A DNA stretch of 64,000 nucleotides from Candidatus Nanoarchaeia archaeon (GTDB taxonomy: Archaea > Nanobdellota > Nanobdellia > Woesearchaeales > JANQNC01). Positions 39,540 to 48,812 of the stretch are shown piece after piece. Every line of letters starts with the position of its first letter. Positions within the stretch are counted from its first letter, which is position 1. Location of the stretch: positions 273,876-337,875 of the forward strand of contig JANQNC010000001.1 of assembly GCA_028279745.1 (NCBI GenBank). Reading direction: 5' to 3'. Both the position numbers and the translations under genes were made by a program. The notes below the pieces were generated by a model. It searched no databases, had not been told where the DNA came from, and saw nothing but the letters and a program-made list of their open reading frames with translations.

Positions 39540-40013
39540 ATGAACCAACTAGCACATATATTCATAAGTTATCTCGTAGTTGATCTAATAATCCCAGATG
39601 CACAGCAGTACTTATTGCCAATAATTCTTATATCATTATTTATGGATATAGATCACATTCCAGGATATTTTAAGATGTTCAAGATGTCAAAGAAAAAAAG
39701 AAAATCTTTGAACATGGATCAGTTGAACAAACTAGTTAGAAGCGGGATACAAGAACCGTTGGGTGTTTTGGTCATGTTAATAATTTTGGGTGTGTTGTAC
39801 CTTCTGGGAATTAGAGACCCAGTTGTTTTGATTGCAGCAATCATAATACCTCTACACTGGTTGGTTGATTTTTTAACTGTGCACACAAGACCACTACTGC
39901 CATTTAACAATAAATTAGTTGTTCTGTTTTTTGATTCGATGAAACAAAGAATCGTGAGTGAGACAGCAATAACAACAGTAACAGGAATACTTTTCTTGAT
40001 TGCTTACTTCTGA
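39540..40013 (+). CDS. Membrane-bound metal-dependent hydrolase-like protein (YdjM/DUF457-like)
   Basis: 4 TM helices with DIDH motif. Confidence 0.4.
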   Translation: MNQLAHIFISYLVVDLIIPDAQQYLLPIILISLFMDIDHIPGYFKMFKMSKKKRKSLNMDQLNKLVRSGIQEPLGVLVMLIILGVLYLLGIRDPVVLIAAIIIPLHWLVDFLTVHTRPLLPFNNKLVVLFFDSMKQRIVSETAITTVTGILFLIAYF

Positions 40014-40106
40014 ATCAATCTAGTTATAACTAACCTGGGATGATATTTTATAAGAAAAAGACAGCGACAGAAAGTTTTATAATTTAACTAAAAGAAACGA
40101 ACTTAG

Positions 40107-41477
40107 ATGAATGTACATTCACTTGAAAAAATATACTTAAAAAGCCCTTTAGCTCTGCAAAACATATTAGTAAGCACTTACGGATTAAGAGAGCAAAGGA
40201 TAAGATACGGAGGCATCTATAAAACACATCATAACTGGTTGCTTAAAACACAATGGTTACCTAAAGACGAACTAAACAAGATAGAAAGTAACTTATTAAG
40301 CCAAACCCTCCAGAATGCATTAGTAAACGTGCCATTCTATAAAGACTTGACTATAAAGAAAGAAGCTAGTTTAGAAGACTTCCCCACAATTCTAAAAAAA
40401 AGGTTTTTTGATGAACCAAACGCATTCTTGTCAAAAAAATTTGCAAACAAAAAATTACTAACTCTCCACACTAGCGGCAGCACAGGGACTCCGTTGGCAA
40501 TAAAAATGAATAAAGATACTAGGCGAAAATCTTACGCATTTATGTCTCGATTTTACAACACGATTGGTTTCAAGGCAGGTGAGAAAAAAGCAACATTTGT
40601 AGGAAGACGAGTTCAACTTCCAGACAATAACAAACCTCCCTTCTGGAGATATAATCTTTTTGATAACCAGCTACTTTTCTCTTCATACCATACAAGCAAA
40701 AAAAATCTTTGCCACTACTTAAAAAAACTGGACAGATTTAAACCAAAACTGATAGAAGGATACTCTTCAAGCATTTTAAGAATTGCCCGACACATCCTGG
40801 AACACTCAGTAAACCTAAACCACGTACCAAACTCAATTGCTGTTAGCTCTGAAACTCTTACAAAAAAACAGAGAGATGAGATAGAAAGTGCTTTTGGATG
40901 TAAAGTGTACAACCAATATGGATCTTCAGAAACTGCTTTATTTGCAAGCGACTGCGAACACCAAAAAATGCACATAAGTCAAGAACACGGAATAATAGAA
41001 GTTCTACAAAAAAATAAGCTTAACCGAAAAGGGGAAGGGGAGCTTATAGTCACAGGATTTATTAACCCTGTAACACCTTTTATACGGTATGCGATTGGAG
41101 ACAGGGGCTCAATCTCTTACAAAAAATGCAAGTGTGGAAGGCAATCACCCATTATTGAAAAGGTTGAAGGTAAGATAAATGACATAATAGTGACCCCTGA
41201 CGGAAATCATGTTCCTTCTGCAGGACTTATCTTGGCGTTTGAGTACTTGAACTCGATCAAAGAATCTCAGGTTGTGCAAGATAAAAAGGATGAAGTTTGT
41301 GTGAACATAGTTCCAAAACTCAACTATAACAAAAAAGAAGAAAAATTCATGCTATGGGAGCTAAGAAAAAGATTGGGAAGCAAAATGAAGATACACATCC
41401 AAAAAGTAAAAGAGATAAAAGTGAGCTCAAATGGAAAATACAAATTTATAGTTCAAAATTACCTTAAGAAAAAATAA
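40107..41477 (+). CDS. Phenylacetate-CoA ligase-like adenylate-forming enzyme (PaaK / CapK / F390 synthetase family)
   Basis: LTLHTSGSTGTPLAI (AMP-binding motif), YNQYGSSE, GD-R-type C-terminal motifs. Confidence 0.7.
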   Translation: MNVHSLEKIYLKSPLALQNILVSTYGLREQRIRYGGIYKTHHNWLLKTQWLPKDELNKIESNLLSQTLQNALVNVPFYKDLTIKKEASLEDFPTILKKRFFDEPNAFLSKKFANKKLLTLHTSGSTGTPLAIKMNKDTRRKSYAFMSRFYNTIGFKAGEKKATFVGRRVQLPDNNKPPFWRYNLFDNQLLFSSYHTSKKNLCHYLKKLDRFKPKLIEGYSSSILRIARHILEHSVNLNHVPNSIAVSSETLTKKQRDEIESAFGCKVYNQYGSSETALFASDCEHQKMHISQEHGIIEVLQKNKLNRKGEGELIVTGFINPVTPFIRYAIGDRGSISYKKCKCGRQSPIIEKVEGKINDIIVTPDGNHVPSAGLILAFEYLNSIKESQVVQDKKDEVCVNIVPKLNYNKKEEKFMLWELRKRLGSKMKIHIQKVKEIKVSSNGKYKFIVQNYLKKK

Positions 41478-42209
41478 TCAGTTCTGAATATCAAAAGAAG
41501 TTAGTTCGCCGTCTTTTTCATTCATGATAGAAGTTCTGACACTGATCTTGCTTTTAAGCTTGTTTTCAATCAGCCATCTGTCAGAAGGAATCACTTTCTG
41601 TTTTTCTAATTCTTTCAAGGTATACCACTTAAGCTTGCCATACTCAGAATTCCTAAACTTATCATGAGTTGTTGTGACTTTTGTGAAAAACAAGATAAAA
41701 TTGTGTTTGACCATATCATCCCCTTCAACCCTCTCCTGCAGTACTGCGTTCATAGATGAGAATTTTGTGTCTAAGTTTGTCTTTTGTTTAACTTGTCTAA
41801 GACTTGCCTGCTCAAAATCTTCTTCCAAAAGCATCTTCCCTCCGATCAAAGACAGGTAATCTTTGTAAGGACGTCTGTTTCTTTTTATCATTAAGATCTT
41901 TTCTTGGTTTTTCTCTTTTCTCATCGCAGCAACCAGAATAATAGGTAAAGGAGAAAGTTCTTGACCCACTAAATTTGAGAAAAAAGGCAAGTACTTCTCA
42001 GAATCTTTAGTAAGATAGTAATAATCTCCTTTCTTTTCAACTATCCCTTCTTTTTGCATACGTTCAAGATGGTAGCTTACCATGTTAGATCTAATCTTGA
42101 TCTTCTTTTCTATCTCACTGAACTTCAGCTTTATACTGTCTAGGAAAAGTTGGAATATTTTCTCTCTTTCTTCCTTAACTAAGCTTCCTGAATACTTCAT
42201 TTTAGTCAA
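41478..42209 (-). CDS. Winged-HTH (ArsR/MarR-like) N-terminal domain fused to a degenerate NUDIX domain; candidate regulator
   Basis: N-terminal IRSNMVSYHLERMQKEGIVEKKGDYYYLT (wHTH); C-terminal GGKMLLEEDFEQASLRQVKQKTNL (Nudix-box-like with RE->RQ). Confidence 0.5.
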   Translation of the reverse strand: MTKMKYSGSLVKEEREKIFQLFLDSIKLKFSEIEKKIKIRSNMVSYHLERMQKEGIVEKKGDYYYLTKDSEKYLPFFSNLVGQELSPLPIILVAAMRKEKNQEKILMIKRNRRPYKDYLSLIGGKMLLEEDFEQASLRQVKQKTNLDTKFSSMNAVLQERVEGDDMVKHNFILFFTKVTTTHDKFRNSEYGKLKWYTLKELEKQKVIPSDRWLIENKLKSKISVRTSIMNEKDGELTSFDIQN

Positions 42210-42234
42210 ATGAATTCGAGGAATTATTTAAATA

Positions 42235-42287
42235 TTAGCAAAAGGTTACGTCCTTTTGCTAATTAGAAAAGGACGCTGCCCTTTTCT
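42235..42287. promoter_or_regulatory. Two adjacent hairpin/palindromic elements (TTAGCAAAAGG-ttacgt-CCTTTTGCTAA and AGAAAAGG-acgctgc-CCTTTTCT) in the divergent HTH-NUDIX / NUDIX intergenic region
   Basis: Read directly from the sequence; perfect 11-bp and 8-bp stems sharing an AAAAGG/CCTTTT core. Confidence 0.45.
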
Positions 42288-42329
42288 ATATTTACAAGCA
42301 TTTATAACTGACTATCGACGAGGTGGAAA

Positions 42330-42797
42330 ATGGCAGAAATCAAAGAAAAAGCACATTATGTGGCTGTAACAGGAATAATAAGAAAAGACGGGAAATACCT
42401 TATATGTAAAAGAAGCCCGAAAGAAAAGGCATTCCCAAATATGTGGTGTGTGCCTGGCGGAAAAGTTGAGATGCAAGACTTTATCAACACACCAAAAGAC
42501 ACACAAGACCATTGGTTAGATATTCTAGAAAAAGTATTGAAAAAAGAGATATTTGAAGAGACTGGGTTGAGTGTGAAGAATATTGGATATGTATCCAGTT
42601 TAGTGTTCATAAGACCAAATGGATTTCCCACCATAATCATCAGTTTATGTGCAGACCATCTTGCAGGAGATATCAAGTTAGCTAAAGATGAACTAGTGGA
42701 ACATGCGTGGGTGACAGTAGAAGAAGCAAAAAAGTATGAACTGATAGAAAATATATACGAACAGATAAAGAAGGTAGATGAGACACAACCTTTTTAA
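42330..42797 (+). CDS. NUDIX hydrolase
   Basis: GGKVEMQDF...EKVLKKEIFEETGL (GX5EX7REUXEEXGU Nudix box). Confidence 0.8.
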   Translation: MAEIKEKAHYVAVTGIIRKDGKYLICKRSPKEKAFPNMWCVPGGKVEMQDFINTPKDTQDHWLDILEKVLKKEIFEETGLSVKNIGYVSSLVFIRPNGFPTIIISLCADHLAGDIKLAKDELVEHAWVTVEEAKKYELIENIYEQIKKVDETQPF

Positions 42798-42814
42798 ATC
42801 AAAAATTTAGTTAA

Positions 42815-43813
42815 GTGGATATGGACTTAATAGTTACTCTAGTTGTACTGGCAGTATTGCCACATCTTATCTGTAAATTAACGAGCAAAGTAAATATTCC
42901 GCACGTTATAGGATTAATAATAAGCGGGTTGATCATAGGGATTCCTCCTGTAAGAGAATACCTAATCGAACCACATTCAGATCTGGTGTTCAAACTAGGG
43001 GACATAGCGCTATTCTGTCTTATGTTTTTAGCAGGGATGAAAAGTTCATTAAAAGAGATCTATTATGAGACAAAAGACGAAACTATAATAGCATTATTTG
43101 CAGCAGTGATACCTTTCTTACTGGGATTTTTAGTGTTTAAATTGCTTGGGTTTTCTTTACTGATATCAATCATAGTTGGCGTGTGTATGACAATAACCTC
43201 AGAAGCGACAAAAGCAGAAGAACTGCTTGACTTAAGAAAAATAAAAAGCAAAGTAGGGAGTGCGATGCTGGCTTCAGGAATACTAGACGATCTAATAGGC
43301 TTAATCATCTTCATACTGGCAACAAGCGCGTTAGCAATAGTGCCTATAAACGATTATCTATTACTACTGGGAGTGTTGGTGTCTTTCTTTGTTGGGGTAA
43401 TGGTCCAAAGAAAAGCCAAAAAAATAGAAAAAATAGCAGATGTAAACAATTTATTCAAACTAATAATCCCTTTCTTCTTCATCTCCATGGGAATGTACTT
43501 CAACTTTGAATCATTAATAGTAAACCCAACACTGTTACTTCTTATAATTGTAGTTGCTGTTGTGGGAAAGTTTGTGTCAGTGTTTTTAGCAAAACCATTT
43601 ACAACATTCAGCTGGGCACAAACTAAACTTATAGGTTGGGCAATGAACTCAAGAGGTGCAATGGAGCTGGCAATTGCAGTTATTGCACTAAGAAATGGAT
43701 TAATCCCAACAGACTTATATTCGAGCATCATAATAATGACACTAATCACAACCATACTGTTCCCATTTGTTTTAGTGAATGCAATCAAGAAAAACAGAAA
43801 AATAATGAATTAA
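42815..43813 (+). CDS. Cation:proton antiporter (CPA1/CPA2 Na+/H+ exchanger family), membrane domain only
   Basis: About 10 TM helices, no C-terminal regulatory domain. Confidence 0.55.
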   Translation: MDMDLIVTLVVLAVLPHLICKLTSKVNIPHVIGLIISGLIIGIPPVREYLIEPHSDLVFKLGDIALFCLMFLAGMKSSLKEIYYETKDETIIALFAAVIPFLLGFLVFKLLGFSLLISIIVGVCMTITSEATKAEELLDLRKIKSKVGSAMLASGILDDLIGLIIFILATSALAIVPINDYLLLLGVLVSFFVGVMVQRKAKKIEKIADVNNLFKLIIPFFFISMGMYFNFESLIVNPTLLLLIIVVAVVGKFVSVFLAKPFTTFSWAQTKLIGWAMNSRGAMELAIAVIALRNGLIPTDLYSSIIIMTLITTILFPFVLVNAIKKNRKIMN

Positions 43814-43814
43814 A

Positions 43815-44462
43815 ATGAAGATTGACAATATTTATCGAATCCTAAAAAAGGAAGTAAAAAGCTACAAAGTTCCTATTGTAGATCTAGTACAGATACAGAC
43901 AAAAAATCCATTTAAAGTTTTATTAGCAACAATACTTTCTGCCAGGACAAAAGATGAAACAACAACACAGGCAGCAAAAAGATTGTTTAGCAAAGTTAAA
44001 TCAATGAAATCACTTAGTAATCTTACAGTCAAACAGATAGAGAAACTGATATTCCCTGTTGGTTTCTATAAGAATAAAGCAAAGTTTTTGAAACAACTCC
44101 CTGTTGTGATAAAAGAGGAATTTGGCGGAAAAATTCCATCAACCGTTGATGAACTAGTGAAGTTGCCAGGTGTTGGCAGAAAAACAGCAAACTTAGTTGT
44201 TGCAGTTGCATTTAACAAGCATGCAATATGTGTAGATGTTCATGTACATAGGATAATGAATAGGTTTGGTTATCTGAAGACTAAAACACCTTTCGAGACT
44301 GAGATGAAATTAAGGGAAAAACTGCCAAAGAAATACTGGAAGACAATAAACTCAATACTTGTTGCATTTGGTCAAAACTTATGCACTCCTGTAAGCCCTT
44401 ACTGCAGCAAATGCCCCGTAAGAAAATATTGTGATAGAGTTAATGTGAAAAAGTCAAGATAG
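43815..44462 (+). CDS. nth: Endonuclease III (Nth), HhH-GPD with 4Fe-4S cluster
   Basis: LVKLPGVGRKTANLVV (HhH-GPD), catalytic region VDVHVHRI, C-terminal CTPVSPYCSKCPVRKYC. Confidence 0.9.
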   Translation: MKIDNIYRILKKEVKSYKVPIVDLVQIQTKNPFKVLLATILSARTKDETTTQAAKRLFSKVKSMKSLSNLTVKQIEKLIFPVGFYKNKAKFLKQLPVVIKEEFGGKIPSTVDELVKLPGVGRKTANLVVAVAFNKHAICVDVHVHRIMNRFGYLKTKTPFETEMKLREKLPKKYWKTINSILVAFGQNLCTPVSPYCSKCPVRKYCDRVNVKKSR

Positions 44463-45770
44463 CTATCTTCTTTTCAAATATAAGAAATCTGTAAAGTTAT
44501 CTTTAAGACCGCTCAGTCCTTTCTTCAATATCTGAAGATCGTAAAGTTTTGCAGCATTTGCAGATGCAATAACTACTGTTCCTTTAGGATACTCCCCCTT
44601 AGATAATCGTTTTGCAGCCAAAGCAGTATCCCTTGCAGACACTAGCTTTACTCCTTTGAAATCTTTATCAAGAGTTTTCTTGCTCTGTTTTATCGCTTGG
44701 GGATGAGACCTTATTATTTTTACATCTTTGATGCTTTGTTCAGGTCTTGCAAGAAGGCAATGCACTGCTTTCATCTTGTGAATGTTTTCTATAACTGATG
44801 TTGACTTAGTTAAAGACTCAATAGTCTCAATCACCATTCCTCCAACAGAATTTTGAACTGCCATCACACCTCTATCAATATCTCCATACGCAAGTGCAGT
44901 TGCTACTTTATCTGCAGTGATCAAATATTTTATTTCAAACTTTTTTACCTTGTGTTTTTTCATCAGCTCTTTACAAGCCTGCTCACTGAAAGAACCTTCA
45001 TCGCCCTGTATGCCAACAGTCAAAACTTTCGGATTTACTTTAGAAGGTAAAAGTTTAGCAGATATTTTCTGGACTGCCCTCAACACATCCATTCTCATCT
45101 GCCTAGTGAACTTGTTCTGAGCTTGTAAATCACAAAACAACTGCCAGCTATCTCTTGTGGTTTGTTCCCTCACCTCTAAAAGTTTCTTAAAACCTTCAGT
45201 GTCTATACTTGAATGTTTAAGGTTAAGTTCATCAAGAATTCTTCCAACAAAATGGGTTACTCCTTGAGAGTATGCTGCAATCTTATCATGTTGTTTAGGT
45301 GTTAACTCAACGACATTAAAACCTTTCTTGTTAAAATAATCATACCAAAACTTATACCTATCTTCAGATGTACGTTCAGGGTGCATCACAATCCTCAATC
45401 CTTTTATGCCTTTCTTTGCAGAGTCAGGACCAAACATGGGGTGTGTTGCGATTATGTTGATGTCTTGCTGGATGTTCTTCTTCATGTGTCTGACGGGCAG
45501 CTCCTTAACAGAACAAACATCTATTACAGTTGAACCTTTCTTAAACTTTAGTTTCTTAGTCACTTCATCCATCTTTGAGATAGGCACACAAAGAAATATG
45601 TTACTACATTTTAGAACCGCCTTTTCTGTTCCGTAATAAACTCCGATAGATTTGGCTTCCTTTGATTTGTCTGAAGTGTTGAATGCAACAACCTTAAAGT
45701 CTGGTTTGAGAATAGTTGCTAATAGCTGACCAAACCTTCCAAATCCATAGATCCCCACAGTCTTCTTCAT
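44463..45770 (-). CDS. Bifunctional prephenate dehydrogenase (TyrA) / prephenate dehydratase (PheA) fusion
   Basis: N-terminal VGIYGFGRFGQLLA Rossmann TyrA domain; C-terminal LTVGIQGDEGSFSEQA...AVQNSVGGMV PDT domain. Confidence 0.6.
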   Translation of the reverse strand: MKKTVGIYGFGRFGQLLATILKPDFKVVAFNTSDKSKEAKSIGVYYGTEKAVLKCSNIFLCVPISKMDEVTKKLKFKKGSTVIDVCSVKELPVRHMKKNIQQDINIIATHPMFGPDSAKKGIKGLRIVMHPERTSEDRYKFWYDYFNKKGFNVVELTPKQHDKIAAYSQGVTHFVGRILDELNLKHSSIDTEGFKKLLEVREQTTRDSWQLFCDLQAQNKFTRQMRMDVLRAVQKISAKLLPSKVNPKVLTVGIQGDEGSFSEQACKELMKKHKVKKFEIKYLITADKVATALAYGDIDRGVMAVQNSVGGMVIETIESLTKSTSVIENIHKMKAVHCLLARPEQSIKDVKIIRSHPQAIKQSKKTLDKDFKGVKLVSARDTALAAKRLSKGEYPKGTVVIASANAAKLYDLQILKKGLSGLKDNFTDFLYLKRR

Positions 45771-45803
45771 CTTTGTTATTTTGGTGGTTGTTGTTTAAAA
45801 ATG

Positions 45804-46802
45804 TTAATGTTTTCTCATCTGTTTAAGATAAAGACTAAGCTTTTTCTTGATCTTTTCTTTTAGCTCTTCACTGAAGGTTAGTTTGTCAACTACTTCATCC
45901 CAGTCAAGGTCTGGCATCTTTGTTAATGACCCATTAAATTTTCTTCCTGCAAGTTTAACTTGTTCTTCAACTTTTTTTGCAGACTCAGAATTAAATGCTT
46001 TAATTGCTGGGAACTTACTGATAGAGTTAGCGCCAGCCTTCAACAAGAAAGAAGTATATTCGGGTCTGTCTTCCCAAATACCAAACTGGATGTCAATCTT
46101 TGGGAATTCAATTCTTGTTTTGGCAATCCATTCACCCTGGTATTCTTTTGTGGGTGCAGGAGTGTTTTCGTAAACAGTGCCTTTATGAGGATTTAACCCA
46201 TATATGTGAATCTTTTCAATGTTGTATTTGTTAATCATGTCTTTCAGATATGTGAAATCAGCTATCTTTTCACCTAACCCGCAGATCATAGTCATAGCAT
46301 TCTTCAAACCTAACTCGTTAGCATACTCAAACATCTTAAAATAAGGAAGCTCAGGTTTTGAGGGACAAACTTTCTTATGCAGTTCAGGGTTAACAGTTTC
46401 TATACTTCCAACAACACCTTCAACGTAAGGTGCGTATTCAGTTAATGTTTCTTTGTCTAATGCTCCAATGTTAATCCAAAACTTTTCACCAGTTGCTTCG
46501 TGCATCTGTTGCAATAACTCTTTAAAATCTTCTTTGCTGAAAGCACCAATCCCCCCAGAGATAAAACCAATGTCCCAACCCATCTTTTTACATATTAGCA
46601 ATTCTGCAAGCAAAGACTCGTTGCTTCTTCTGGCAATATTTCCTTTACTGTTCTTTCTAGGTTGAGTTGACATATAACAATACGCACAATCTCTAAGATC
46701 ACAGTACCAACTAAAGAAAATAGCTCTCTCAAAACAAGTCTCATTTGGAAAGTTTTCTAAGAAAACTTTATTTGCCTCTTCCATAAGTTCGTTACTGCTC
46801 AT
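45804..46802 (-). CDS. Radical SAM protein (BioB/HydE-like core)
   Basis: CDLRDCAYCYMS (CxxxCxxC) near the N-terminus; about 330 aa; 11-nt overlap with the upstream U32 gene. Confidence 0.6.
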   Translation of the reverse strand: MSSNELMEEANKVFLENFPNETCFERAIFFSWYCDLRDCAYCYMSTQPRKNSKGNIARRSNESLLAELLICKKMGWDIGFISGGIGAFSKEDFKELLQQMHEATGEKFWINIGALDKETLTEYAPYVEGVVGSIETVNPELHKKVCPSKPELPYFKMFEYANELGLKNAMTMICGLGEKIADFTYLKDMINKYNIEKIHIYGLNPHKGTVYENTPAPTKEYQGEWIAKTRIEFPKIDIQFGIWEDRPEYTSFLLKAGANSISKFPAIKAFNSESAKKVEEQVKLAGRKFNGSLTKMPDLDWDEVVDKLTFSEELKEKIKKKLSLYLKQMRKH

Positions 46803-48054
46803 CGTGACCCTTCTGTTCTTTTTCTTTATCTATTTCTAAGTATAGTTTGTCGTTTGCTCTTACCTTATCTTTTATCGGAATAGTGATGTCGTTACCTTTA
46901 CCTGCTTCTTCTGCATCTTTTTCATTTACTTTTATAGATTCTACTTTTTGTTTTAATACTCCAGTTGTAGGACCCGTAATAATTATCGTATCACCAATCT
47001 TAATTTTTCCAGTTGTTATGTTAAAGTGTGCAACTTTGGGTTTTTCAAAATAGTTCTCAACAGTGCCTAAGAATTTCTTTTCTTTTTTAGCTTTTGATCC
47101 ATACGCGTTCGCCCATTCTCCCAGTTTGTGACCTAAATAATATCCGCCTTGCCAAAATCCTCTGTTGAAAACAGTTTCAAGTTGTGCGATCCATTCTTCT
47201 GCTTTTTCTAAAGAGAATGTTTTGTTGTAATATGCGTCCACTGCTTCCCTGTAACACTTAGTCACAGTATTTACATAGTCTGGTTGCCTGCCCCTGCCTT
47301 CAATCTTCAGGATTGAAACTCCCGCATCTACAATCTTGTCAATAAATTGTATAGTGCACAAATCTTTAGGGGACATAACATATTTGTTGTCTATATTTAA
47401 TTCATCTCCTGTTTCTAAATCTGTGACTTTGTAAGATCTTCTGCAAGCCTGCAGACAATCCCCCCTGTTAGCTGAGTGATTGTATTGAGCTAGACTCATG
47501 TAACACTTGCCAGAAATTGAGACACATAAAGCACCATGGATGAACATTTCTATTTTTATTAATTCGTTGTTTGGGCCTTTGATATTTTCTTCCTTAACTT
47601 TAGTGCATATTTCTTTTATTTGGGGCAGAGTTAATTCTCTTGCTAGAACAACAGTGTCAGCAAACTTCGAATAGAACTTAACTGCTTCAATATTACTTAC
47701 ATTAGCTTGAGTTGAGATATGAATAGGTAAATTGATTGAGTTAGCATAGTTTATTACAGCAAGGTCGTGTGCTATGACTGCTGTGATACCTGCTTCTTTT
47801 GCTGAGTTGCAGATTGTTTTTATGAGTTCAATCTCATCAGTGTAAACTACAGTATTTAGAGTTAGGTAAGATTTGACATTCTTATCTCTACAAATCTTAG
47901 TGATCTTCCTTAGATCATCTAAAGTGAAGTTATTTGCAGCTCTAGCACGCATATTCAGGTGTTCAACCCCAAAGTATACTGAATCAGCACCTGCATTAAT
48001 TGCGGCCTGTAACGCCTCATATGAGCCAGCTGGAGCCATAATCTCTGCTTTCAT
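46792..48054 (-). CDS. Peptidase U32 family protein (RlhA/TrhP/UbiU-like; likely O2-independent hydroxylase rather than a protease)
   Basis: MKAEIMAPAGSYEALQAAINAGADSVYFGV...FN.RA.A.NF N-terminus typical of U32; conserved Cys cluster region CVSISGKCYMS...GDCLQACRR. Confidence 0.8.
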   Translation of the reverse strand: MKAEIMAPAGSYEALQAAINAGADSVYFGVEHLNMRARAANNFTLDDLRKITKICRDKNVKSYLTLNTVVYTDEIELIKTICNSAKEAGITAVIAHDLAVINYANSINLPIHISTQANVSNIEAVKFYSKFADTVVLARELTLPQIKEICTKVKEENIKGPNNELIKIEMFIHGALCVSISGKCYMSLAQYNHSANRGDCLQACRRSYKVTDLETGDELNIDNKYVMSPKDLCTIQFIDKIVDAGVSILKIEGRGRQPDYVNTVTKCYREAVDAYYNKTFSLEKAEEWIAQLETVFNRGFWQGGYYLGHKLGEWANAYGSKAKKEKKFLGTVENYFEKPKVAHFNITTGKIKIGDTIIITGPTTGVLKQKVESIKVNEKDAEEAGKGNDITIPIKDKVRANDKLYLEIDKEKEQKGHDEQ

Positions 48055-48110
48055 GCATTCAAAGAATGAGGGTTGTTTTTTAAGGGTTTTGGCAGAAACA
48101 TTTATATATA

Positions 48111-48127
48111 AGTAAGATTATCTTACT
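48111..48127. promoter_or_regulatory. Perfect palindrome AGTAAGAT-T-ATCTTACT immediately upstream of the antitoxin start, preceded by a TTTATATATA TATA-like box; candidate toxin-antitoxin operator
   Basis: Read directly from the sequence: 8-bp arms, 1-nt spacer, ending 3 nt before ATG 48131; TATA-like element at 48101-48110. Confidence 0.55.
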
Positions 48128-48130
48128 GCT

Positions 48131-48421
48131 ATGAGAAATGAAATACTAGAAGAAGTGCCTGAGCTAACAAAAATAAGCTCAAAAGGACAGGTAGTGATAC
48201 CCCAAGAGTACAGAGAAAAATTGCACATACACGAAGGAAACGTTTTTGCAGTTACCGCACCGACAGAAGACATGATTGTCCTAAAGAAGATCAAAAACCC
48301 CATGTTAAGAGATGACCTAACAACACTAAAAAAGATAGATGAAGCATGGGAAGAGATCGAGAAAGGCGAGTTTGAAAAAACAACAAAAAAAGAATTCTTG
48401 AAAAAGCTTGATAAATGGTAG
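48131..48421 (+). CDS. AbrB/SpoVT/MazE-type antitoxin
   Basis: ISSKGQVVIPQEYREKL swapped-hairpin beta-barrel motif; overlaps the downstream toxin by 7 nt. Confidence 0.7.
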   Translation: MRNEILEEVPELTKISSKGQVVIPQEYREKLHIHEGNVFAVTAPTEDMIVLKKIKNPMLRDDLTTLKKIDEAWEEIEKGEFEKTTKKEFLKKLDKW

Positions 48422-48666
48422 ATTACATCATAAGAACCAAAAAGTTTGATAAAGAACTTAAAACAGTCAAGACTAAATCGATAAAAGGAAAAATAAAAAA
48501 ACAAATACTAAAAATTATTGAAAATCCAGAAACAGGCAAACCACTAAAGTATAACCTAAAAGGAGAAAGGACAATCTATGTTAAACCATACCGGATAATA
48601 TATGCAGTAAAAGACAAAACCCTTTTTCTACTACGTTTTGAGCATAGAAAAGAAGTATACAAGTAA
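48415..48666 (+). CDS. RelE/ParE-family toxin
   Basis: 83 aa, ...YRIIYAVKDKTLFLLRFEHRKEVY (RelE/ParE C-terminal signature). Confidence 0.7.
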   Translation: MVDYIIRTKKFDKELKTVKTKSIKGKIKKQILKIIENPETGKPLKYNLKGERTIYVKPYRIIYAVKDKTLFLLRFEHRKEVYK

Positions 48667-48703
48667 TCTTTTATAAACCGCTTCGAAAAGGTTATATATT
48701 ATT

Positions 48704-48743
48704 ATGAATATATATTCATTATAAGTTATGAATAAATATTCTT
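48704..48743. promoter_or_regulatory. Two tandem inverted-repeat sites (ATGAATATATATTCAT perfect 16-bp palindrome; second imperfect copy ATGAATAAATATTC) upstream of the DUF5320/DUF134 operon; candidate operator
   Basis: Read directly from the sequence; about 70-110 nt upstream of ATG 48813. Confidence 0.5.
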
Positions 48744-48812
48744 AACTGGAGGCAAACGGAAAATAAATTTTCCAGGCCTCCTCGAATGAAAAACATAACT
48801 GGAGGAAACAAA

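Noticed and set aside
48781-48812. GGAGGC...GCCTCC inverted repeat and a duplicated AACTGGAGG 9-mer upstream of the DUF5320 gene. I considered a riboswitch or attenuator.
   Set aside because: The loop is long and the second copy is simply the Shine-Dalgarno sequence of the small ORF, so it is most parsimoniously a ribosome-binding-site duplication. I folded it into the operator finding rather than calling a structured RNA.
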